64,000 bases of DNA from Basidiobolus meristosporus CBS 931.73 (Eukaryota > Fungi > Basidiobolomycota), in assembly GCA_002104905.1 (NCBI GenBank), contig MCFE01000437.1, positions 11,217 through 75,216 of the forward strand. Reading direction: 5' to 3'. A program made the translations under genes and the position numbers. The notes below the pieces were generated by a model. That model was not told where the DNA came from. It did no database searches and was given only the letters and a program-made list of their open reading frames with translations. Positions 1 to 11,250 of this stretch are shown one piece after another; the stretch's first letter is position 1, and every line of letters begins with the position of its first letter.

Positions 1-938
1 GTACTTCTGCCTTTGATAGTTTCTGCTTTCCTTATGATACTCTCTTAGCATACCATTGCTGGCCCAGAATCTATTTGCCTATTTGAATACAGGATAATGC
101 TCATGGAACAGGTCAAGTACATTCTCCTTAGACTTGAGTTCTGGATGGTCCCATGGTATGCTTACCTTAAGGAGGTGGTGTACTAGACTTCTTACAGCCT
201 CTTGAATACTAGCACACTCTTCAATATTGCACTCAATGTCTTCACAGATCTTCAATGTTGTTTGATATTTAGGCTTTAGTATTAACACCACATTGTCTCC
301 CTCTCACACTGTATTAGATTTTTCTATGGGTTTTCACTTTGGGCACTGTTGCTGCACCTCAAAGACCATACAATGTTCCTCTGCTGCTACATTGGGAAAG
401 GGCTCAATTCTTGTCTGTGACATTGAGCTACTTGAGTCCCTTGTTTGCAGCAAAGATACTGCGTTTTTCACCAGGGATATTGATTGCTCTACATTTATTA
501 TCAACTCATTTTGTTTCTGGAATATTTCCTGATTTTATGGGCCTTTGCATCTATCCTTTCCACCACTGCACCTAATTACTTCATTAGTACAGTGGTATAA
601 GCTGAAAGTATACTTCCTAACATAGGTGGTAGTAATGTTATGACTGCTACTTGATAGTTGTCAACTGAGGGTACTGCATTTGCTACATTCTCATCTGCCT
701 GAGCATGATGGTCAGCTTGTGGCTCTGCAGAGGCTTTCAATTGCCTACCTGACTGAGAGCCTAAGGAGTCCATATTATAACCTTCAATGGGCACACTTTT
801 AACATGGCTTTTCTTGGATGTCACCATGCTTGTTGCTCTGAATGTTGTAGCAAGCTGTTGTCCAGCTGGTCTTCTGCTGCTATCAGAGGTGGGGTTTGGT
901 TGGGAACCAGATGACTTTGCTTTATTTTTTGGCAACAT
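1..938 (-). pseudogene. CACTA partner ORF (TnpA-like position), N-terminal part, disrupted
   Basis: Start MLPKNKAKSSGSQP (ATG 938) matches MPPKNKAKLSGSQP at 50686; ORF 79-291 carries the W..QEAVRSL.HH.LK..IPWDH.ELK.K.N.LDLFHEHYP block seen in every copy. Confidence 0.7.
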
Positions 939-2219
939 ATACATGGAAGTGAGTAAAAACCAAAGGGGAAATACTGTTACATATACATGTGTATGTGGTG
1001 CCACAACTTTATTTATAATGCTTACTATGGTAGGTCATCATTGAATCTTAGATTCATGTAGGTGTAATGTCTCAAATACATCACAGTCTCAAATTCACAT
1101 GAGTATTGGCCAGAAAGCAATATATTAACGTTATGCTATTGCATGTCCAACTGTTTGCTCCATGGAAAAGACTACTCTGATTCAATGCCCTAACAGAAGA
1201 GAAAAAAGACCATGTGGCTATTGTAGCAAGCCTCTCAGTCATGACGCATGCAGACAGCATAGGAAGTAATACAAGGATCATGGCCAGTGTTTTGCCACAC
1301 AGGTCATATTTGACCATTCAATGGTCACTACTGTACCAACATTATCTTACCAGCCAGTTGAAGAGGTTCACCAGTGGATTGTGAGCCTATCTCCCCTAGC
1401 AACAGTACCACACATGAGCCCAGTCAAATCCCAATATGTAATGATACAGCACCTGTTGAATCAAGTGCCAAGGATACTTTATGGAGCCAAGTGAGCCCAG
1501 TAATCCATCTATTGGAGAATGATGTAATGCTGTGCTAGAGATGTGGCACATTTTTACTAATATCAGTAATTGGGGCTTTGAGGATATATTACTGCTTCTT
1601 GCCAAAATCATTCCAGGATGCAACTTACCATGTACATGGTACAAGAGGACAACCATCCTGTGGCTGGCAACATATGATCAAGAGACTGTCCTGATTCCAC
1701 ATGTGCTAACAGTTGCATGGCATTCACATCCAAAATGCTACCATTGCAATGTGTCCAAATTGTCAGGAATCCACCACCATTGAGGGAAAACATTGTTCAC
1801 ACTCCAGATACACTCTGGTAATACCCTGTCTGAGTAAGCTAAGGCAGTCCGGCAAATATTGCAAAGCTATGCAGTACTGCACTCAGTATCAATCAGGTGC
1901 AACCATATCTAATATATTTGATAAAAAAATTTGACAAAAGCGGAAATGCTCAGAAAAGAGGGTATCTGTTGGAGCAAAAGCTTTCAACAATATCTCTATA
2001 CTGATGACCAAGTTGTGTGAGGAGCATTTGAAGCTAAATGAGCCCTTTGAGATATTAGACTTGTTCCATTGTATAGTGCCACATAGTACCAGCCTGTTTA
2101 TGGTGCTGGATCAATCTGGCACTATAATTTCTACCATGATGCCAGTGGTATGATACAGCTACTGGTAATTTTACTCAATCTTACTTATGTTGCTCAGAAT
2201 AGTGCTTTCCTTGCTTTAT

Positions 2220-3104
2220 TTACTCTTGAAAATGCTCCAGACACATTTCTCTCAGTGGATGTCTTCTTGTATGAACATACTGTGCATTGATAAGTATCTT
2301 AACTATTTTACCTATTCTGCTGTTTTCTCCTATATATGACTTTCCTCTGTGTTTACCTGCCAATATGCTGAATCTCTTCAGATATCCAAATGTGTGCTCT
2401 ACCCTCACTCTGAAATGATTAAATATCTCATTGTAGAGCTTCTGCTTCCTGCTAAGCACACCATTCCTTGGCTTCCTATAAGCTGTAATATATCCTAATC
2501 TGTGAAAATCCTCTCCTATATAGGCTAAGTCTGCCATACATTTCTCCCCTCTACTGAATTCAGGATGATTCTCTACCCAGAGTGCTTTGTCATGCCTACT
2601 TCCAGTAAATGGCCCACTAAACCAGATGATGTTGCCCTCAATGTCAGACAGTGCTGGAAACTTCACACAGTATGCCTTGTACTTGCTAGAATAAAAGTGC
2701 CTCCACCCTGTAGAAGGTCTATTAATCCTCACTGGGAAGGTATCCAAAATACTCCTGATATGGAACCTGTTGCTGAACACTCTGGGATATGAAAGTCTAT
2801 TGGAGCTTCTGAACCTGGTATTCCAAGCTTGCTCTAAGTCATTCATACCCTCTGCAAGGTGGTTCTCCATTGCTGTCAGCTGGGAATGAAAGCTTCTAGG
2901 ACTTTTGTTGCCATGGATGGTGGGATGAAACCTTGTAGGGCAATAGTTCTTGTAATAGCAGAGAAGCTTAACATGGGATCTCCTTGAGTAGATTGGGGTT
3001 GATGGTCCACAGTACTTGGAATAGATCTCCTCTAGTGTGTCAAAAGGAAATCCAGTGGTAGTGATGGGATTGATGAGAAAAGACCATTCAGATGAGTAAG
3101 TCAT
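2220..3104 (-). CDS. DDE transposase, DDE_Tnp_4 / IS5-ISL2-like, 294 aa, open frame
   Basis: Catalytic motifs ILDTFPVRINRP, MADLAYIG, RVRVEHTFGYLKRFSIL; KY(K)..CVKF.AL.D..G.IIWFSGPF.GS.HD block typical of this family. Confidence 0.9.
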   Translation of the reverse strand: MTYSSEWSFLINPITTTGFPFDTLEEIYSKYCGPSTPIYSRRSHVKLLCYYKNYCPTRFHPTIHGNKSPRSFHSQLTAMENHLAEGMNDLEQAWNTRFRSSNRLSYPRVFSNRFHIRSILDTFPVRINRPSTGWRHFYSSKYKAYCVKFPALSDIEGNIIWFSGPFTGSRHDKALWVENHPEFSRGEKCMADLAYIGEDFHRLGYITAYRKPRNGVLSRKQKLYNEIFNHFRVRVEHTFGYLKRFSILAGKHRGKSYIGENSRIGKIVKILINAQYVHTRRHPLREMCLEHFQE

Positions 3105-3260
3105 ATTAAAATTGATGGATGATTGTATGGAGGCGGTTTGAATTGATTTGGCGCAATATGCATTATTTATCTGATTTTTAATACATTATGGTTAAATCTC
3201 CATCAATTGCCATTTATCCCATCCCCCAGCTCACAAGCATGGTCCAGACTGGAAAAGCCA

Positions 3261-4415
3261 ATGTCGGATCCGTTCAAGTTCTTGCCAAATGATTTTAGTA
3301 TGGCCCAAGTGTCTATGATGAGCCTTCATACAGATATTTGGGCACTACTGATTAATCTATCAGAACTAGATACCTCAGAGAGTCAACAAAGATGGAAGAA
3401 TTTGAGTAGAAAGCTGTGGCATGAGTTCTACATCAAGATGCCAGCCAATGTATGTAAGAAGATATATAATAAGACAAGTATTGAAATCAAGAATGAGCTG
3501 AGAGTGAGGGGATTTGACAAAGAAGCCACGCAGGAACAATTTTGCGCGCAATTTGCACAGTACAGGCTGGATGTGTCTGTTTGTGCCTCAACTTTGGGAA
3601 CCAAAGAGATTTTGAATGAGTTTTTGCCTCAAATGACTAATGTACTATGTGATATATTAGTAGAGCTAAGTGGCTTCTGAGAGCAATATACACAGGACTC
3701 ATCCAGGCAACAGCTCCAAAGTATCAGACAGAGGGTAAGTGAATACCTTGAGGAATCATATGGTGAGCTTCAGGAGGAAGAATACAGACCGCAAGCAACA
3801 ATGTCCAGATTGCACCAGCATGCCTTGCTGGATTCCCTACCATCTCTTGCAACCACAGCGTGCCGGCACATGTCAGTCCAGACCATGCCAACACCCTTTA
3901 CCAGAACGCCCCGCATCAAGTCAATGAGCATTGAGTCAACTCACACGCTTCAGAGCAAAACTACAAGAACTCACCAAACAGCTCATTTAGACACAAGTCC
4001 ATTGGAGTGGACCAAGCTGCATTAACATGCGGCATCACATTGAACTCAGCCAAGGGCCATCTCAACACATCAAGGCATGCCTGCATGTGCCGTTTTGCCG
4101 GACCTTCAGCAAGTTACTGCTGGTGAACTGACTGATGATGACCTACATGAAGTGCCTCAACCACCGGAGCCCTTGGCAAGTAAAAGAACATGTCAGCATG
4201 TGGCACTACAGGCCGGTTCAGTTGGTTCAGTTGGAGCAATTCAGCGTGGCCAAGCTGCAGCATCACACTCATCAACTAGGAGGCAAAATACTGACTACAA
4301 ATACACAAGTTGCCAAGATGATAGTCAGCCAGGAAGTAATATAGGTGTGCAGAGTGAGTCACTACCAAATGCTTCAGTAGTAATCCCGGTGAGAAAAAAA
4401 CCCAGGAGAAGATGA
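3261..4415 (+). pseudogene. Pangu-like partner protein (~385-400 aa ancestral frame) with three premature stops
   Basis: ORFs 3207-3680, 3801-4025 and 4077-4415 share one frame; stops TGA(3678), TAA(4023), TGA(4041) are CAA at the same positions in copy 2 or copy 3. SAP-like segment TSIEIKNELRVRGFD..T.EQF; ends VRKKPRRR. Confidence 0.8.
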
Positions 4416-7384
4416 TGCAATTGCTTTGAATTTCTCCAATTTGTAATGATCCCAACAACCCATTTTTTTTGCAATCCAAATCAAGCCATTGCAAATCAGT
4501 GATCATCAAATTTTTGATATAAGTAATTTCAAGGTTGTCTCACATTTTAGACAGGACCCCTATAAATAAACACCCTGCATATATATACGTCATCTGCAAT
4601 ACCAGTGCAGCTATTGGATCTGTTTTGCACCTACACAATTGCTTGCGTGCTAGCTATGACATCTTGTCCAATCACTAGGATCAGGGATTTACTTGCTCAA
4701 TGGGCAAATGGGATATTTGATGGCAAATCAGGTAGCTTTTTTAGTAGTCAATGAGCCAATTGGGGGCTGCCAGCTTCAGGATACTTTTGGACCAATTAAC
4801 CACTGAGATACCATCCAATTGGAGTGAGGGTAACCAAAATGGTAAGTATCAGTGTAGTTTATAGTGTGATACCCATTTATTTTCATTTACATTAAAGAAA
4901 CATATCCAAATACCGGATTTTACCTGCCATAATAGCGGTATCCAATCGCGCATGTGATGCAATTATTACAAGTTGGCAAAATCATCCGTGCCAACCTCAT
5001 TGTGTCAGATTGTGCCATAGTGTGTGAGATTGTCCCGCATAGTGCAAAATTGTCCAAGAATAATCCTGCCTTCTGGTAGCTATAATATTGCGCCCAATTG
5101 TTCTTTACAACCGTGGATTGCGCCGCATGCCCTGGCACGGTACAATGGAACAAGTCTATTGGAGAAACTTGAAAGAATTGGCAACATATTACAGAGTATC
5201 TGCTACCCTAAGTATGTTCCACAGGCTCCAATCAATTTTCATACTCATATGCAACAATACAAATGCAACAACTGAATGAAGTGGATATGTACTTGTTCAA
5301 GTGGCATTCTGAAGCCATTCCTATCAGGAGTGCAGTGGAAGCATAGGGAGTCATATGTTGACATTGTAGGAATATCTATCAGGAAGTGGATCTTCAATGC
5401 CAACTTGATGCATCTACAGCTGTTGTGTAAGGAGTTTGCAACATCATTTGAGTAGCTACACTACAAACATAAAGCTGAACATGTAGATCTCTGACACTAC
5501 TGTATCTATTCTCTACTGAATTTTACACATTGTGTGCAGAACATTGGTCCTTGATTGACCTTTTGGGAGTTTTCTATGGAGTGGATGTGTGGGGAGAGAG
5601 GATGACAAGTCAGGTTGCAGGTACTACCATATCCCAATCTCATTAAGAATATTACCTTCACGTCTGTGATGGATGTGATGAGTTGGCACATGGAGGACAG
5701 CCAAGGAGACTTGGAAATTTCTCAGGATAGATGTGCAAATGGAGATACCTATGCCTATGGCATTAAGAAGCTAAGTGGCCCCAATGCATAGGTAATCAGT
5801 TAAATAATGCAAAGTTGGGTTGGGTGCAACAGGCAACTAATTATTATTACAAAAACTCTACAAAGATGTGCAGAGTTTCTCATGGTCACAAGCCAACTTC
5901 TACACCATTCAATACAGAATCCACACAAACAAGAGCCAGGGCGCACCTATAAGGGGGACTAGAATTCAGCAGGGTGTAGGAATATACTGGCTAAATACCA
6001 AGAAGTTCTTTGCAGATATTCAGGAGGTATTCATGGCAGAAGTGGCAACAACCAACAATATGTTTGCAAGATGTATATGTTACCAGCAGTACAAGGTATA
6101 TGGCAACTTGGCAAGAATCACATTAAAAAGCCATAAAGTTGAGGTGACCGAAGTATGTCAACTGCAGCAGGTGTGTGTGTTTGTTGAGCTTAGTAAGCAG
6201 GAGGCCATAGCTTTGTTTGATTCAAACTACATGTGGAATACCCAAGGTAGTAGTGGGTAAGTAAATAAAGAGGGGTATTCTACAGTGGAATATTTGAATT
6301 ACACAAGGGAAGGTAGAAAAAGGAAATACAATTTGGTAAAATTGTATAGTAGCATTATACAGAACTAGCTGTAGGCCACCATATTGCTGTTATAATGCCA
6401 TCTCAATCTTACTGTGAGGCCACTGTAACACCATCAAGATTTTTGTCATATAAGGCAATAGGATGTCCTCACATGTTGGATCCATTTAAAATAGTTGTAG
6501 AGCGCTGGTCAGGATCAGATCCTCCTGCAGGACCCAGTTACTTTTCATAGGGTACATTACCCAGTCAGACCCTATGTTTGTGTATATTGATTGGGTATTG
6601 CTCCTTTTGCACACTTCCCACTTCCTAACTGACATAATGTTCCAACTCTGATAAATGCAAATTGGTTTATTTTCACTTAATCTTCAGTTCTATTTGGTGG
6701 CCAGTTGTATTAACCTACACAAGTCACTGCACCCATCATTAGCACTGAGCACATTCACACACTCATCAATTAATGTGATTAAAATCCACCAAAGTCAAGT
6801 TTTCTTCTATTACCTTTACAGTTCTTCTGCTACTAGCAGGCATGAGGAGTGGTATGTAGAATAGTCAATTTGCTACATTTTATGCACCAGAGCTAGCCAA
6901 TTTAACACTAGCAGATATGAACTCATTTGACTTTCAGCTTGATTTGGCTGGTATTTAAACAAGCCTTGCTGGGGCACAGCTGTTGAGTTTACCTATATAT
7001 TTGTTGAAATAATTGATGGAAGTAGAGGGCAGCTGATTAGTAAGCTCTATGAAGTGTTTGCTGGTTTAGTCTTCTGCAGAACAATATGTACCTTTTGCTG
7101 CCAGATATGTAGTATCAGAAATACTCTTACCAAACTCAGTTCAGTTTGAAAATTGGAATTTGGTGTGTATTAGGCTTGTACAACTGGATAAAGCTACCAA
7201 AGGCTACAGGGGCCATATAGTACCATCATACGCTGGGGATGCACAAAAAACTACACTCATAGCATGCTGAGATTAGTTATATGTTTGCTAGATATACATG
7301 GATGAATGATACTGTTTAGTCCACCAATACTACTAGTGCTTTGCATCAGTCCTGCCTAAGACATTTTGTCTGGATAGAGCACCA

Positions 7385-7454
7385 GAGCAATGGCACACTA
7401 TGACACTATATGGTAAGCATAGTTGAGTGTGGCATCAACCAACAAAACAAATCT
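7385..7454. repeat. Relict right end of a Pangu-family MITE
   Basis: ggcacactatg...gtggcatcaaccaacaaaacaaatct resembles MITE end ggcacactatgg...gtggcactatccaacagaacaaatct (47225-47291). Confidence 0.45.
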
Positions 7455-8249
7455 TACATATTAGCATAATGCAGACCTTAACTTTATTCTTCAGAAAAGT
7501 GAAATTAAGTCTAGCAATATGTACTTGTTAGAGAATTACATCAAAGAGGAGACTACATAGCATTTATGTAAATAGGTATATGATTCATACCTTTATCTAT
7601 ATAGCTCACTACACTAGCTCATCAGCTGATGCTATGTTCATGTAGAATAAATGTTTATTATATGGCATACTTAACTGAGCTCTTATCAATACTTTCAAAA
7701 AAATATTATAATAGCAGTAAATTGTTAGATATTAAGGCAGTGTCCAGTAGTTGTCTAGCTTGAGTCTCATATAGGAGGTCACTATAGCAATCTAAGCCAG
7801 ATGGAGCTTCCATCCGTGCTATAATTATTAGCTATTCTTTAATATTGTGCTCAAATATGCCAAATCAGCTTATTTAAATCACCTGTGCCAAGGTATTGTA
7901 TTGCTTTATTTAGTTGCTGAGACTGGTCTTTGGATATGTTGGAGTATTAGCCAAATATGATGGAACCTGATCTGTGAAATATAAGCTAATACAGGAGTAG
8001 ATACCATTAGTACCCCTGCATCCAGAGCTATCAAATTGTAGAATGTGCCCTTTCATTGTGGTCTTGCTTACAGAGAGTAGATTGTTTCCCACTTACACTA
8101 CATAAGGATTGCTCAAAGTTAAGCAAGTAACTTCCTTCATCACATTTGATGCTTACTTGGGCAGTAGTTGCAAAAAACAGCATTGACCCACAGCTGCATA
8201 CAGTCCAGATTAGCCATAAGGCATTGAATTGAGGCTCTCACAACAATGG

Positions 8250-10520
8250 CTGCTTACAATCATTGACCCTCTTAATGATCTACTGGTAGGCTCTTGACAG
8301 TGTCTTACTGTACTCATTGCCTAATTCATTGAGAATCTTTTCAATTTTTGATGGTCTTGGGTGCTACTTGCAGGGCATTGTGATGGTTTTGAAATAGTCT
8401 TTGTCTATGAGAGTGGACCTAACCAGCCAACACATGCATATGCCTTATGCGCAACTGCCTTCAGCATAGAAACCATTATAGTTTCCAGTGGCATTAATGC
8501 AGACCTTTGATGACATATTCACATCAGTACAGCAATCAATATATAGTCCTCTCTAATGCCATCATACCAAAATCCCAAGTAGTACTGTGCTTCAGCTTGC
8601 ATTATGTCATAAATATAATCAGCTCAAGAAGCACCCCTATTTATATGCTTACAAACTAGTACTAGGGTATTTCACATATTGTTTAAATCCAAAAATTTGC
8701 CTGTTGTATATTAACTTCTACATACATGCACACCAGCTACTATGAGATCAGCATTTTTGATTTTTTGCCTGTAGTAAATTCAATCAACTCCTGTCACAGA
8801 CTTCTTGCATAAAAGTTGCTGATAGATTCTATTTATAGTAGCAATCTGCTTTTGGATAAGTATCCCCACAATGTCAGCATATGACTCCCAATGAATTCAT
8901 TGTGCACTAGGTTAGAATTGCTTTGAAAGGCTATTTGAGCTAACATATATACAGCTCATGCAGTTAGATGCATATGGTGTTTGCCATTAGATATACTAGG
9001 AATACTTGTGCTTGATTGGTACCAAGTTAGCACCTTAAGGCATTACAAAATATGTAGAACTGCATGCTCTTGTTTTGACAGGGAATAAATAGAATATTCC
9101 CAAAATGTTGACAATTTGTTTTGCCAAAAGCTGTGGAGACCTGACAGTTTGGAATTGAACCATTTTCCAGCCAACAGCAGAGGATCCTTGCAAAGTCTTT
9201 AATGCACAAAAGCAGTGTGCAAAAATAAAGTCCACTAAAAGCCCAATCTAAGAAGGGGAGGGAGGGACTGTGCTTATTATACCAAAGTCCAAGCCTGTAG
9301 CATCCTCAAAAGCCTATCACAAGCAAGGCCAAAAGCTCTAGGCAAGCAACAAAGAAATATAAGATAGCAGGCAGCATGCTGGTAAGGAACAAGTAGGCTG
9401 GCATGGGTCTAACAGTGCAACATTTCTCAAAGAAAAAATGTTGTTCTACTCAGCTCAGAGTCAAAATAGCGGGGAAAAACCTGGGAGTGATGAATACAAA
9501 CAGCATCCTTAGGAGCCCATCACCAGCAGAGCTGAAAGTGCTGCAATATTGGGCTATTTGTATCATTCCACAACCAAAAAACAACTCACCAATCCTGAAC
9601 TAGTCTTTGTCACTGCAGGACTTATTTACAGCACCAACTTTACCACTTTCTTTCAGATGTATGATACTATCATTATTCCCTAATAATCAGAATCAAATTA
9701 GCACTTTTCCAAATATTACATCTTAACCCTGAAACTGTTACTTAATGTTCATGCCTATTGAAAAACTCTCCTAACCTAGTGTCACAATTGTATTACCTGT
9801 ACAAAGCTATAAATACTGATCTTCTTTAAGGATAAGCAGCATTTCAACTGTTATCATAATATCTTGATAAGTTACTTATATCCCAAGCCCTTCTTAAATT
9901 GCAACAGAAAGCCCAGAGCATGAGGTAAAGAACTGCCCAGTGATGAGAAAAGCTCCAGTAAGAGACAGGCTGGCACCAATGGATGAACCACTTCCTTGTT
10001 TATTGCATAGAAAGCATGCTGAAATACAAGCACTTGATTGAGGTAGCAGGGATTAGTAGTTCTCACCTATCAAGGCCATTAGCCTAGAACAGTCCAAATT
10101 GTATGATAGCTGAGAGAAATCTTCAAGTAGACAATAGCTGCTTCCTCTAAAGTTGGAAATGAAACTAGTAGAGCTACACTCTATTGATACAGTTCAGGTT
10201 GCATAGAAATGCACTTAGTCTACCATAGCTTCCACATCTTTTGCTGTAGAGAGTGGCAATACTACTGACAGACAAAGCAACAATGCCAAGATACTTGATG
10301 ACTATAATGATGCCTATGGTGGAATTTTGGAAAGATAATGGGTGCAGTCAGAGGTGCAGCACTTTCTTTCAGAGTAATGCTCATGGAAATACACTTGAAT
10401 ATTATTAGGTGTTGATGCAATGACCCTGCTGATGAGGTGCCAGTCATTGGAGTACTAGGCAAAGATTAAGATGTATGGAAACCAGTGAAGAAGCAATGAC
10501 ATCAGGCAACTCCTTCAAAT
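8250..10520 (-). mobile_element. Ancient, rearranged CACTA relative (transposase remnant on -, partner remnant on +)
   Basis: 8690-8900 aligns by eye with CACTA transposase (e.g. aatctgcttttggataa...tgcatatgactc also at ~32020); 9280-9520 resembles partner repeats; 10425-10510 reads ADEV....D.DVWKPV.KQ like 47936-48268. Confidence 0.5.
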
Positions 10521-10799
10521 TGCTCTGGTGTCTCCAAGGGCTTGTTTAGCTTGAGATGCCCCATGCAAAACTTGGCTGTCAGTGTCAGAGCTTCCCTGGA
10601 TATGGAAAAAACCATGAGCTTTGATATAGTAGTCACCCATTATCACCCTGTATGATTACATACAACATATATGCAGCAATAGGTATGGGTAACTGCATAC
10701 ATTGAAAGGGGAATTAGTCTCAGATATCAGCAAAACTGCCATCAGATATCTGCTCCAATAGCATAACATGGGCTGTAGACCTTGGGCAATGAAATTTAG

Positions 10800-11250
10800 T
10801 GGCCAGCAGGTTTAAAGCAAGAACCATGTTCAAAGAGATCCCATCCAGTGTCAAGTTAGATGAAAGGATTTATATATCTTCTGAGAAATCCTTGTTTCTT
10901 GGCTGCTTGGTACAATAACTGCTGAACATAACATATATGATTGCAGAGGCAATTGATGGTCTAACACCATGATCTGGCTATGTTAGGTACTTATCTTTCT
11001 CATAAGTGATTAAAGCATTGTAAGGAAGCTGGCTAATGATTTCAGAGACTCTTTGATCTAATCCTTCCTCAAATTTAATGTCCTGGCTGTTGATTAGCTC
11101 CTGAATTCTGCCATCATACCATCTATACTCTTTGGTAATCTCAGAATACCAAGGCAAAATTCCATTCCTACTCCTGGCTCCAACTATGTGCAATATTGGC
11201 CAAGGATGTGATAGCAAACATCACTGCAAGGAATCCTAAAGTGCTGGAGG
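10800..11250 (-). mobile_element. Highly degenerate Copia integrase C-terminal remnant
   Basis: ORF 10978-11217 reads GIL.WYSE.TK.YRWYDG..Q.LI.SQD.KFEE, like the Copia GI.LGYSE.SKAYR.YD....K.I.SRDV.F.E motif. Confidence 0.45.

Larger units (their letters stand above)
2057..5157 (-). mobile_element. Pangu-like (PHIS: PIF/Harbinger-ISL2EU group) DNA transposon copy 1, 3101 bp, both TIRs intact
   Basis: TIRs AGACTTGTTCCATTGTA / TACAATGGAACAAGTCT; ATT duplicated at 2054-2056 and 5158-5160; removing it restores CACTA sequence gagatattggag (cf. aagataccggag at ~52491); two divergent genes. Confidence 0.9.
1162..6260 (+). pseudogene. CACTA Tnp2-family transposase, multiple stops/frameshifts, split by insertion 2057-5160
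   Basis: N-terminal MEKTTLIQCPNRREKRPCGYCSKPLSHDACRQHRK; C..AF...CPNC motif near 1720-1770; QAPINFHTHMQQYK, YYKHK..DL.HYC..SLL..HCVQNIGP..TFWEF.ME..CG region at 5220-5600; homologous to 50906-53720. Confidence 0.8.
1..6552 (+). mobile_element. CACTA/EnSpm (CCC-terminus, TRC-like) DNA transposon copy A, left part outside window, interrupted by Pangu-like copy 1
   Basis: Tnp2-like transposase remnants on +, divergent partner ORF on -; right terminus ...cttttCATAGGG at 6552 matches the right end of the complete copy (58823). Part of the right subterminal region is deleted relative to 58544-58823. Confidence 0.85.

Noticed and set aside
2565-2792. ORFs MILYPE.FVMPTS (also 15342-15614) and other antisense ORFs over Copia and FRG1
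   Set aside because: Opposite-strand shadows of real coding frames.
8690-9000. LINE reverse-transcriptase remnant
   Set aside because: The sequence aligns better with the CACTA transposase on the minus strand.
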